From: Octopus sinensis | Taxonomy: Eukaryota | NCBI RefSeq assembly: GCF_006345805.1 | Contig: NW_021833178.1 | Span: 1 to 29,198 of the forward strand | Direction: 5' to 3' | Length of the DNA stretch: 29,198 nucleotides | In this document: in pieces, positions 1-10,022 of the stretch | How the letters are laid out: each line of letters begins with the position of its first letter | How positions within the stretch are numbered: position 1 is the first letter of the stretch | The notes under the pieces: generated by a model | What the model was told of the DNA's origin: nothing | Database searches by the model: none | The model's input: the letters and a program-made list of their open reading frames with translations, nothing else | Translations under genes and position numbers: made by a program

Positions 1-69
1 ATTATGTGTAAATGAAAATATATATCTCTTTACATTTACACACACTACCTATGACAATCTATCTATCTG

Positions 70-263
70 TCTATGTACGTATATATATATATATATATAT
101 ATTATTAATATATATATATATATATATATATATCGCATATATACATATATATGTATATACTAAGATATAAGTACAGCTACACACAAATGCATATTATACA
201 TAATGTCCGCTTCTGCGTACAGGCATTTATACACTCTCTCCACACACACATGCTGCTATATAC

Positions 264-296
<33 letters not shown>

Positions 297-594
297 CATA
301 TATATACACCCGCTTCCACTGGCGCATATCTTCGTTCATAGCTTCATCGTTCATTGTTAATCGTGAATAATAAAACTGTTGTTTGGATCAATTCCAGCTG
401 CAGGAATTTTGATTCCGGTCTCATCTTACCAAATACCTTTACCACCCGTCAAGATCTCTGTAGCTCCCTCCTACAAGTCAGCACCACCGCAGTCTCCAGC
501 TCACCCCAACGCCCGCCACCACCCGCCACTTACACACCGCCCCTCCATTACCATCAACCATCAGCACCGCACGCAACCATCAGAAATTTTTTTA

Positions 595-636
<42 letters not shown>

Positions 637-683
637 ATATGTATGTATGCAGGTATGTAGCATATATATAATATATATACATG

Positions 684-721
<38 letters not shown>

Positions 722-723
722 TA

Positions 724-769
<46 letters not shown>

Positions 770-1073
770 TATATATATACATCTATGTATGTTTATATGC
801 ATGTATATGTGTGTATTATCATGATCATCCGGGCCTAGTCCGGCAACACACCCTTTATCTTTCCCCTTATCTTCATCGCTTTGTATACTTCTTCGTATAT
901 CCTCATCTCCCTTACCAACTTTTTCTGCATGTATATGTGTGTGTGTGTGTGTATTACATACATGCATACATATATATACACCTACATACATAAAGATTCA
1001 TACATTCATATACATACACACACATATATCTGTATATGCATATATATATATATATATATATGTCTATATATGC

Positions 1074-1119
<46 letters not shown>

Positions 1120-1330
1120 CGTATATATATGTGTATATATACATACGTATTACATACGTATATATACATATATATATACATATATATATATACGTATATA
1201 TACATATATACATATACATATATGCATATGTATACACACACACATGCATTTCTATACACACATACACACACAAACATACACTCATGCACACATACATATA
1301 TTTATGTATACTTACATGCACATGTATATA
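70..1330. repeat. Compound (AT)n/(AC)n microsatellite field with two short unique islands
   Basis: Seen directly. Confidence 0.9.
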
Positions 1331-1682
1331 GAAAAGCACCGGTTTATCTGAAATTACTTGTCACTCCCGCAGAGTAAGTGTATACCAAGTTTGTATTGAT
1401 GTCTAATAACAAAGGTGTTAGCTGGCAGATGTCCGAGTTATAAATAAAGCATCGGACAATCAGATTGAGATGTTCTCATCCGGTCATTGACCGTATTATG
1501 ATCATGTCATTGCATGACATGGCCTTTATAATGCGCAGTCCAGCCAATGTTATACGAACGATCTTTGTCGAGCTTTTATGGAAGTAAAAAAAAAAAGGCT
1601 GACAAACCAAAATCAGTTTAATGAGTGCGTTTTACATGGAATACAAATAAACAAAGAGAATTATGTTAGAGAATTCATTTTT

Positions 1683-1793
1683 ACAGCTGTTTTAGGTGAA
1701 CATGTATGATTCCACGCACCTACGATATTATGAGACTTTATTACAAAATATACACTGTTACGGTATCAATCATACTTCATCCGAAACAGCTGT
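1683..1793. repeat. Short imperfect inverted repeat, possible mini-MITE
   Basis: ACAGCTGTTTTAGGTGAACATGTATGATT (1683-1711) versus the reverse complement of 1768-1793, ACAGCTGTTTCGGATGAAGTATGATT. Confidence 0.55.
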
Positions 1794-2201
1794 TAAGTTA
1801 AGATCATTATGCAATTGTTTATTTATATTTCTTATAAATACACTTATTGCACTTTTGTTTAACTGATTCTTTTTACTTCTCTCTCTCTTATTATCTATCT
1901 TCTCTCTCTCTTCCTCCTCACTTTCTCCTTCTTTCTCTCTCTCTCTCTATATATGCTTATGTATATACATGTATATATATATATATATATAAAACTCTAT
2001 TCTTTTTTTTATATATATATATTTTTTATTTTTTTTATTTATATATTTTTTTTATTTATTCTTTTATCTAATTTAACACTGACTCCTTGACCACTCCCTC
2101 AAGTATGATATTTTGCGCTATGCCTACCCCCAAAAAGTCCCCCACCACCACCCCTTTAAACCTGCCTAAATGTATAAATGCCAATACAATTCTTGTTAAC
2201 T

Positions 2202-2252
2202 AGCTTCCTGAAGATTTCTCTTGAATGAAACAGTTCTAGTCCTGTAGAAGCT
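2202..2252 (+). ncRNA. Type I hammerhead ribozyme-like motif, predicted cleavage after A2246
   Basis: AGCTTC (2202-2207) pairs with GAAGCT (2247-2252) as stem I. Core CTGAAGA 2208-2214. Stem II TTC/GAA with TCTT loop, closed by a non-canonical U.U. GAAA 2227-2230. Stem III ACAG/CTGT with an 8-nt loop. GUA triplet 2244-2246. Confidence 0.75.
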
Positions 2253-2296
2253 CCTTCTATATAATAAATATATATATATATATAAATATATATATA

Positions 2297-2660
2297 TAAA
2301 TTATAAGAGAGTTACTACTATGTGGATAGCTGTAGTGCTAAAAATAGCCTCGTTACTAGTAATAGCCACAGAAAGATGTTTCCAAGAAGAAATAACATTA
2401 CATTTAACGGAAGGAAAGTGAAATATAACGAAAAAATAGATTGACCCTGAACAATAGTTTCATTACTAATGTAATATGTAATTTTACTTACATAGACATC
2501 TATAAATCATCGGTCAATCTATTTTTTCGTTATGTTTCACTTTCCTTCCGTTAAATGTATTGTTATTTCTTCTTGGAAACATCTTTCTGTGGCTATACTA
2601 GTAACGGAGCTATTTTTAGCACTAGAGCTATCCACATAGTGGTAACTCACTTATAATTTA
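2297..2660. repeat. Long inverted repeat (foldback/MITE-like): ~150-bp arms, 65-bp spacer
   Basis: Left arm 2297-2446 equals the reverse complement of 2512-2660 with about 8 differences (manual alignment). Confidence 0.95.
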
Positions 2661-2733
2661 TGTATAAATTTGTATTATCTCCCTAGTTTTATGTGCTAAG
2701 CTACTTGGTGTTAAATTGATGATATTATTAAAT

Positions 2734-2943
2734 TAATATCAAATTTTTCACCCTCATTTATGAATTTATAAATTTAATGATACTGCAGTAAATATTTCAT
2801 GCAGTATTCGTTTCCAATGAGTTTTAGCATGCTTTTGGCGGGGAATTTGAGGCATTACTACAAATGCAATCGATTAAACCGCACGTGTATTTGACGCTCG
2901 CGAGGGTCTAATAATATCAAATTTTTCACCCTCATTTATGAAT
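2734..2943. repeat. Exact 32-bp direct repeat pair
   Basis: TAATATCAAATTTTTCACCCTCATTTATGAAT at 2734-2765 and 2912-2943. Confidence 0.9.
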
Positions 2944-2961
2944 ATATATACATATATATAT

Positions 2962-3021
<60 letters not shown>

Positions 3022-3065
3022 CAATCCTAGATACATATATATGTATATGTATGTGTATATTATGT

Positions 3066-3490
3066 ATACGAGCAAAACGCCCCCCCCATCTAATGGACGG
3101 TGCTGAGGTGTCAAATATTTAACCAAATTTTCTGAAAACAACTTGTCCGTCCGTCCCATAGGCCTCCCCTTTGAGAAACACTGATTTAACCTAAATTTGA
3201 AACATCAAACAGGCCGGCTTTTTTTTGCACAAACTTCACGTGCATTTTTCTCGCGTACGCGTATTATCGATCGCAACAGCTGATGTACTTGCGCGTACAA
3301 ATGCACGTTCCCACGGCTTTATCGATCGCATTCTCACCCGGAATCGATTTTTGTAATTTTTTCAAGATTTATACACGCCCTGATACCCTCTGTATCTACA
3401 TATCAAATTTGAGCACAATCGGATGGAAGATACCCGAGATCCTAGAAGACACAGACACAGACAGACAGAACGGATTTTATATAATAGAAT
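3066..3490 (+). mobile_element. Non-autonomous Helitron-like (Lep1/DINE-1-like) element
   Basis: Ends with CAAATTTGAGCACAATCGGATG, an (ACAG)n microsatellite and TTTTATATAATAG. This is the same 3' organisation as the element at 17467-17863. Confidence 0.55.
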
Positions 3491-3533
3491 ATATCCATAT
3501 TGAAATTATATATATATAAATATATATGGGTAG

Positions 3534-3593
<60 letters not shown>

Positions 3594-3644
3594 AATATAC
3601 ACACATATATACATATATGCATACACGACAAAGACACACACACA

Positions 3645-4194
3645 AATATCCCCCTACAAAGATGTCCTCAGGCAAGCAGGAATAACAAGCATGTTTGCAC
3701 TCCTCACGCAAAGACGTATGAGATGGCTTGGGCATGTTAGCCGTATAAAAGATGGCAGAATCCCCAAGGACATACTCTACGGAGAGCTTGCTAGGGGTAC
3801 TAGGTATGTGGGTAGCCGCTCTTACGTTACAAGGATGTTTGCAAAAGGGACATGAAGGCCTGCAACATCAATATTAGCGGTTGGGAGGCAGTTGCCGGCA
3901 ACCGTGGAGACTGGCGACGTACCGTAAGAGAGGGAATACAAAGGAGTGACAGAGAGAGAGAGAGGAGAAATGGAAAGACAAGAAAAGACGTCAACAAGAA
4001 ACTATGGCATTACAACCAGCCAGGAACAGTCTTCGCTACATTTGCGGTACCTGCCAGAGGGAGTGTTTGTCCAGGATAGGACTACACAGCCACAGCAGGA
4101 AATGTATCAGGACATGAAATGTAAAAGCCGGACTAGACTACTTTATGCGCAACTCCATTGTCCCCGAGACAAAAAGGATGCCAACCAACCAACC
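3645..4194 (+). mobile_element. RTE-clade LINE, 5'-truncated 3' fragment with frameshifts
   Basis: Translates to YKDVLRQAG...RRMRWLGHVSRIKDGRIPKDILYGEL...RYKDVCKRDMKACNI...WRRTVREG, then YICGTCQRECLSRIGLHSHSRKC (RTE C-terminal Cys/His motif). Ends in a (CAAC)n tail. Confidence 0.9.
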
Positions 4195-4524
4195 AATATA
4201 TATATATAAAATATAAATTAGAGATAAAAACCACTATTATGCAACTCAAACAGTGATAGACATAAATCAATACATAAATAAGAAATAAAATATAATTTTA
4301 TAAAACATATAACTTATAACTAGATCTCAAAAAGTATAAAAATGAATGATCAATATATAATAAGTTGCATAATAGTGGTTTTATCTCCAATTTATATTTT
4401 ATATATACTGTGAAATTTGATTTAATACTAAATCTAATTTTTCCCAGTAAGTTTGGAGTTATACTCCCTAATATTATTATAATTATATATATATATATAT
4501 ATATACACAGATACATATATATGT

Positions 4525-4569
4525 ATGGTGATGCTCCAGCATGGCTGAAACAAGTAAAAAATAAAGAAT
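4525..4569 (+). mobile_element. SINE family B, 3' tail fragment
   Basis: GGTGATGCTCCAGCATGGCTGAAACAAGTAAAAA matches the tails of copies at 5915, 14892 and 21446. Confidence 0.55.
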
Positions 4570-5097
4570 ATATATATATATATATATATACATATATACA
4601 CATTATGTATGTATATATTAGTGTACAGTGAAGCTGATATTTATGATACATGTCTAGGTATTGCTTGTAAAAGACAAAATTTGTCGTAAATGTGTGTGAG
4701 TGTATATGAGTGTGTGTGAGTGTTTATGTGTGTGCGTGTGTGTGTGATTATGCGTGTATGTGTAAGCTTGTGTGTGTTTGTAATTGAATAGACATATGAA
4801 AAACTTGTGCGTGTAAACATGTGTAGGTGTTTGAGGCCACGTATTTCTGTTGGCAATTTCAGTTTGGCAATAATTTTATTTTCGGTGCAAAACGTTTAAT
4901 ATCTCGAGGGCAAACATCAATGATTAAGATCAGTAGGGGCTTACAGTTTGCAGTGCTCAAAACCCTCACGAAATGTGAGATGTTTCTATAGCAACTAGTG
5001 CTGGAAAGCGATTTAAATAATTCTCAGCTATTTGGAATCTCTTGTTACGTTTTTAAGAAACATTCTGGAATTGTGGAAAGAAAAATCTACAACTGAT

Positions 5098-5525
5098 GTA
5101 GGCACAGTCATGTTTGTGTCGTTAAGAAACTCGCTTTTTAACCACGCGGCTTCAGGTTCAACCCAACTCCGCAGTACATTGGGTAAGTGTCTGCAACGCA
5201 AGCACCGGACCGACCAATGCTTTGTGAGTGAATGTGGTTACCGGAAACTATGTGGAAGCCCGTCTCATATGTATATATATATATGTACGTATATTTGTAC
5301 ACGTGTGTCTGTAGTTGTGTTTGTAACCTCTCACCGCTTGACAACCGATTGATTGGTTTGTCGGTTTGTTTGCAGCCCCGAAACATAGCAGTTTGGCAAA
5401 AGATATTGACAGAATAAGTACTACACTTAATAGAAGTAGTAGAGTGGATTTGTTCAACTAAACTTATCAAGGCTACACCCTACCATGGTTGCTTGCTGAT
5501 AACTGAAACCAGAAACAAAGAAGAG
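5098..5525 (+). mobile_element. tRNA-derived SINE family B, diverged full-length copy
   Basis: B-box-like AGGTTCAACCC, then GGGTAAGTGTCT...GCTTTGTGAGTG...GGAAAC...GAAGCCCGT, internal microsatellite, CGCTTGACAACCG, AGAATAAGTACTA and a CTGAAAC tail. Collinear with the inverted copy at 5915-6275. Confidence 0.8.
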
Positions 5526-5740
5526 TTTTCAACTCTAGGCACGGGGCATGAAATTTTTTTTGGGGAAGGGCCAATCGATTAGATTGATCCCAGTACGCAA
5601 CTGGTACTTAATTTATCGACTCTGAAAGGATGAAAGGCAAAGTCGACCTCGGCAGAATTTGAACTCAGAACGTAAAGACAGACGAAATACCGCTAAACAT
5701 TTCGCCCGTTGTGCTAACGTTTCTGCCAGCTCGCCGCCTT
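5526..5740 (-). mobile_element. tRNA-derived SINE family A
   Basis: Reverse complement of AAGGCGGCGAGCTGGCAGAAACGTTAGC...GAGTTCAAATT...GAGGTCGACTTTGCCTTTCATCC, with a tail ending GTGCCTAGAG. Confidence 0.9.
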
Positions 5741-5914
5741 AGGCAAGAGATATAATGAGAGCAAATACAGATTACGAAGATAGATGTTAATACACGTATG
5801 AATACATAGACCTATATATGCATAGATATATACATTCAAGCATATATGCATAGATACTTACATATATACATACATGCACACACGTATACATTCGCTCACA
5901 CACACACATGTATA

Positions 5915-6275
5915 TATCTTTTATCTTTTACTTGTTTCAGTCATTAGACTGCGGCCATGCTGGGGTGCTGCCTTCAATTTTTAGTCGAATGACCAAATCG
6001 CCCCCAGTGCTTATTCTTTAAAGCCTGGTACTTAATCTATCATCCTCTTTTGCTGAATCACTAAGTTACGGGGACATAAACACACCAACACCGGTTTTCA
6101 AGAGATGGGGGCGGGGCAACCACCGGCATAAAGACACACACATATACATACGACAGGCTTCTTCTAGTTTCCGTCTATCAATTCCACTCGCAAGGCTTTG
6201 GTCACCCCGAGGCTACAGTAGAAGACACTTACTCATAGCGTCATGCCCGGATTGAACCCGGATTCCTAAATCACG
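5915..6275 (-). mobile_element. tRNA-derived SINE family B
   Basis: Plus strand reads TTTTACTTGTTTCAGTCATT...GCGGCCATGCTGG...CTAAGTTACGGGGAC...TTTCCGTCTA...CAAGGCTTTGGTC...AGAAGACACTT. Confidence 0.85.
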
Positions 6276-7790
6276 TTCCAGAAAGAGTGGATAAAGAGAC
6301 GCTCCTGGTTAGTTCTGACGTAACCAGTTCCCATTCAAATATCCCCCATGGATTAGGATTAGAAGCAGAAAAATTCTGGGCAGACAAATACCCTCACAGA
6401 ATTCAGCAGAGATTCTTGAAAGAATTGACTCTTGAAAAAGAAAAAAAAGCAACTTCCTCATACGTCTTGCACCAGGAATAAATGAGTTTTTCTTTGACAA
6501 CCAATATTACCTTCAAATCCATGGCACTTGAAGGATTACTGTTGGTTCTTGGAAATAACTGTTTTGAGAACCAGTATTAGCTTCAAATATAAGGCGGCGA
6601 GCTGGCAGAATCGTTAGTTCGCCGGGAAAAATGCTTAGCAGTATTTCGTCCGTCTTTACGTTTTTAGATCAAATTCTGCAGAGATCGACTTTGCCTTTCA
6701 TACTTTCGGGATCGATAGAATAAGTACTAGTTGAGCGTTGGGGTCGATTTAATCGACTTAGCCCTTCGGAATTAGTTTTGATCCTATTTGGTGAGAAACT
6801 GGAATCGATTCCTGATGGCTGTTTTATATTGTAAGGAAAACCTTAGAAGATTCATTAGAATTAATTAATAACATTCTCAAATCGTTTCAATTCACCATGG
6901 AAATAAATAAAAGATGGTTGTCTGTTTTGGATATCCTGATAATTAAAGAAAATAAGATGCTTAAAACTGATCTCAGTTGCAAGGAAACGGACGCACACAA
7001 TATTTAGATTTTATATCTTGCCACTCATTCCATTCAACATGGCAAGGTGTAATATTCACGGAGGCAAGTAGACAAGAGAGACAACTGGTAGAACTAAATA
7101 TATTCCTTTAGAAACAATAATAGCCCCCGAAACGCTTAGTAAATGGTATCATAAACAAAGCAGAAGAGATCTCAAACTCTGGCTTTCGGAAAAACATTCT
7201 AAATGAGGATGAAGAAGACAAAAAACGTAAATGTAAATATTCCAGTTGTATCCATCCGTAATTTCAGACACCAACTTAGATTCGGCCAAACGAATTCTAC
7301 ACCAACCATCAAAGCTCAGGAAAATAATTTAAAATAAAAATTACAAATGATCAACAGTGGAAGACAACCACTAAATCTTAAAATACTCATAAGAAAGGCA
7401 AAAATTACACCAGAAGAAAAAATAATGCAGCTGAGAAGCAGTGGGGACCTTCATTAGGAGACTTGTGAAATAATTTAAAGAGGGGAAAGCCAAAAAAATG
7501 CCAAGAATGGGAAGGAATTGAAGGTTAATGCAAATATGAATTGAGAAAAAAAAAATTCATCTACTAATCACATGCAATGCAATGAGAATTATATCGGCCA
7601 TAAGCAGTCAAAATTAATAGATCAGATTAGAGTACATAAACAACAAATCAACGATCATCTCTAAGAAATGATCCTTGTAATGAACATCAGCACATTTGTA
7701 CAAAGGAAAAACGATCAATTACGGAATAAAAGAACTGAAAAACAAATTATAAGAAATCAGAAATACTGAATAGCAATACTAAAATCAACT
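6276..7790 (+). mobile_element. Decayed Penelope-like element (RT plus GIY-YIG endonuclease remnant), interrupted by a SINE
   Basis: LLVSSDVTSSHSNIPHGLGLEAEKFWADKYP at 6302-6390 (PLE RT, cf. FDVxSLYxNIP); PDGCFIL at 6811 (decayed DDCF); NNILKSFQFTMEINKRWLSVLDILI...KTD...QYLDFISCH at 6867-7024; QCNENYIGHKQSKLIDQIRVHKQQI with YIG at 7590-7598. Many stops and frameshifts. Confidence 0.85.
6591..6766 (+). mobile_element. SINE family A inserted into the Penelope-like element
   Basis: AAGGCGGCGAGCTGGCAGAATCGTTAG...GACTTTGCCTTTCAT...GGGGTCGATTTAATCGACTTA. Confidence 0.9.
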
Positions 7791-8589
7791 TTCTCTATAC
7801 AGAATCTGACGTGCGTGTCTGAAAAACTAAACAGTGAACGCTCTTACACACGATGCGAAGATTTTATGCCAAAATGGTGTCACACAGGTTTTTAGAGATT
7901 TTCAGAATGATTTTTATTATCGAATTACACACACACACAAACACACATATGCACTTGTGTGTGTGTATGTACTGTGTGATTTTTATGTTAAATTACGGTT
8001 AACATTTTAAAGGTAGTTTAAGAATAACAACTGAACATTTGCAGATGGGGAGGGAGGTGACACAAGGATGAGAGTAAATTTTATTGTAGAGTTCAAATCC
8101 TTAATGCCGTCAGGTGAAACTTGAAGTCCTAGTTATCATGAACTATCTGTGTGTGTGAGTGTGTGTATGTGTGTATATATATCTAAATGTGTGCGTGAGG
8201 GTATGTATATGTATATATATCCACACACACACACAACACACACACACATATATATATATATACATACACTCATACACACACATAAACATACGCACACACG
8301 TGTGTATAGGCACAAAAGAGAGGAGAGAAATAGAAATAGCGTGTCTCTTCACCCAAAGAAAATATCAAAGATGAAACACAAATATCAAAGAATCTCTATG
8401 TAAACAATGCCCCAGGTTTTGTGCTTCTGGTGCAAAGTCTTGGAAAATGTTCTACTCTCGTTTTCTGATCAATTGCAACGAACAGGAAATATTAGATTTC
8501 GTACTTTTATGATTCCGGTCAGGAATGATATCAGACTCATCTAACCCATTTTTTTCCCTGATATAACAGTTGTGAATCGTTATAGTAAC

Positions 8590-8945
8590 CATATTACCGG
8601 ATCATAATTCAAATCCATTAAATTGTATATACATTAAACAGTTCAGATTCTCCAATCTGTGCTGTGTTGTGCATAGATAATTAAATAACTACGTTGCCAG
8701 TCAAAGTACCGTTGTGTCAATGTGACTGATCTTTTCAGTTCAGTCAACAATATTACCGTTCCTCGATGTATCCCGAAACAGAGATGAAACTAGTCAAGTC
8801 AATCAAATCAGGTGATTTCCTCCTTAGCAACTCGGAGTTTCGACAATTGTGCTTTTTAGGTTTTGCTGGGGATATTCTCAATCGAAACCTAACGAACGCA
8901 TATGCGAAACTCCGTGCGGCTAAGAAGTGAATCGTGGACTTTATA
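8590..8945 (-). mobile_element. Possible highly decayed Tc1/mariner transposase C-terminus
   Basis: Minus strand gives RRKSPDL...GYIEER...LTELK (cf. WPPRSPDL...WGYIK...L.ELK) and an upstream *PHGVSH (cf. QQDGAPxH). Similarity is weak. Confidence 0.25.
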
Positions 8946-9005
8946 CAAATAAATAATCGCTACTGTATATAAATATATTGAATACTATTTTTTTCTACAC
9001 TAAAC

Positions 9006-9042
<37 letters not shown>

Positions 9043-9950
9043 TCATCTTCTTTATGCTTTGTGTATTTACCAACCCCATCACCACTATCATCACAAAGAA
9101 TAAACAGCTGGCGATTCTGCTCGTTTGCATTGTGCATCATTGCTCATTTCTGCACTTCCTCTTTTCAATGGCCCCCCTCTCCACCACCACCACCACCACC
9201 ACCACCGAAAAAATTCAACAATAACAAGAGCATCGTTAACCTTTCTTTCGCTTCACTCTTTCTTCCTCACACTTCCGACTTCACACTTGGTGACATTAAA
9301 CTTCTACTTTTCTAAGGAAACCTTACACCTTTACATTTCCCTTTTCTCCAAACTTGCCGACGCAACGCTTTCCCATTTCAAAATATGATATTCATTGAAC
9401 GTACTGTTTGTCTTTTGCTAAAACGTCTTCCATGAAGAATTATCTCAGCAAATTTCTTGGTGCTCTCGATCCTCTTCTTTTACCAAAATGAACCATCAAA
9501 CGTCTGTGCCTTTCATTGAGGAATTCTTTTCGGCTCGTTACGTCATAGAAATAGATTTGATAGACAAAATACACAAGCTGTACTCATTTCACCCTCGCAC
9601 CAGATACCCAAAGTTAAGCTGGTTTTAATATGTTCGCAACTTTAAAAATACCCCACGTATTATTTAATTGTCCTTTTAAGGACAGAAACTAAGTAGCAAA
9701 CGATTCTTCTTCTTCTTCTTCTCTTCTTCTGTACGTATACAGAAGCCAAAAAAAAAAAAAAAAAGAAGAGTGCTATTGTTATCAATATATTTCGGCCTTT
9801 GTATACCTTCTGGAGGAGTTACCTCAATCCTACAAAATATTTCCATAAATGAAGTAGATTGACAAGTTTATTTTTTGAACCTGTGGAAGGTATGCTAGAT
9901 GCCGCAATATCGTTCACTTGATAACAATGGCACTCTTCTCTTTTTTTGCT

Positions 9951-9997
<47 letters not shown>

Positions 9998-10022
9998 TAT
10001 TATTATTATTATTATTATTATT
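9951..10022. repeat. (ATC)n followed by (ATT)n microsatellite, 3' flank of the R4/Dong element
   Basis: (ATC)15 at 9951-9995 and (ATT)9 at 9996-10022. Confidence 0.95.

Noticed and set aside
151-1377. Many supplied ORFs rich in YI/HT/CV/LS dipeptides (also 3283-3740, 8143-8403, 12918-13761, 15035-15456, 24029-24408, 27191-28084)
   Set aside because: They are translations of (AT)n, (CA)n, (GA)n and (CATA)n microsatellites, which lack stop codons in some frames.
1370-1380. Plus-strand donor-like AGA|GTAAGT
   Set aside because: No plausible upstream exon; it is preceded by microsatellite.
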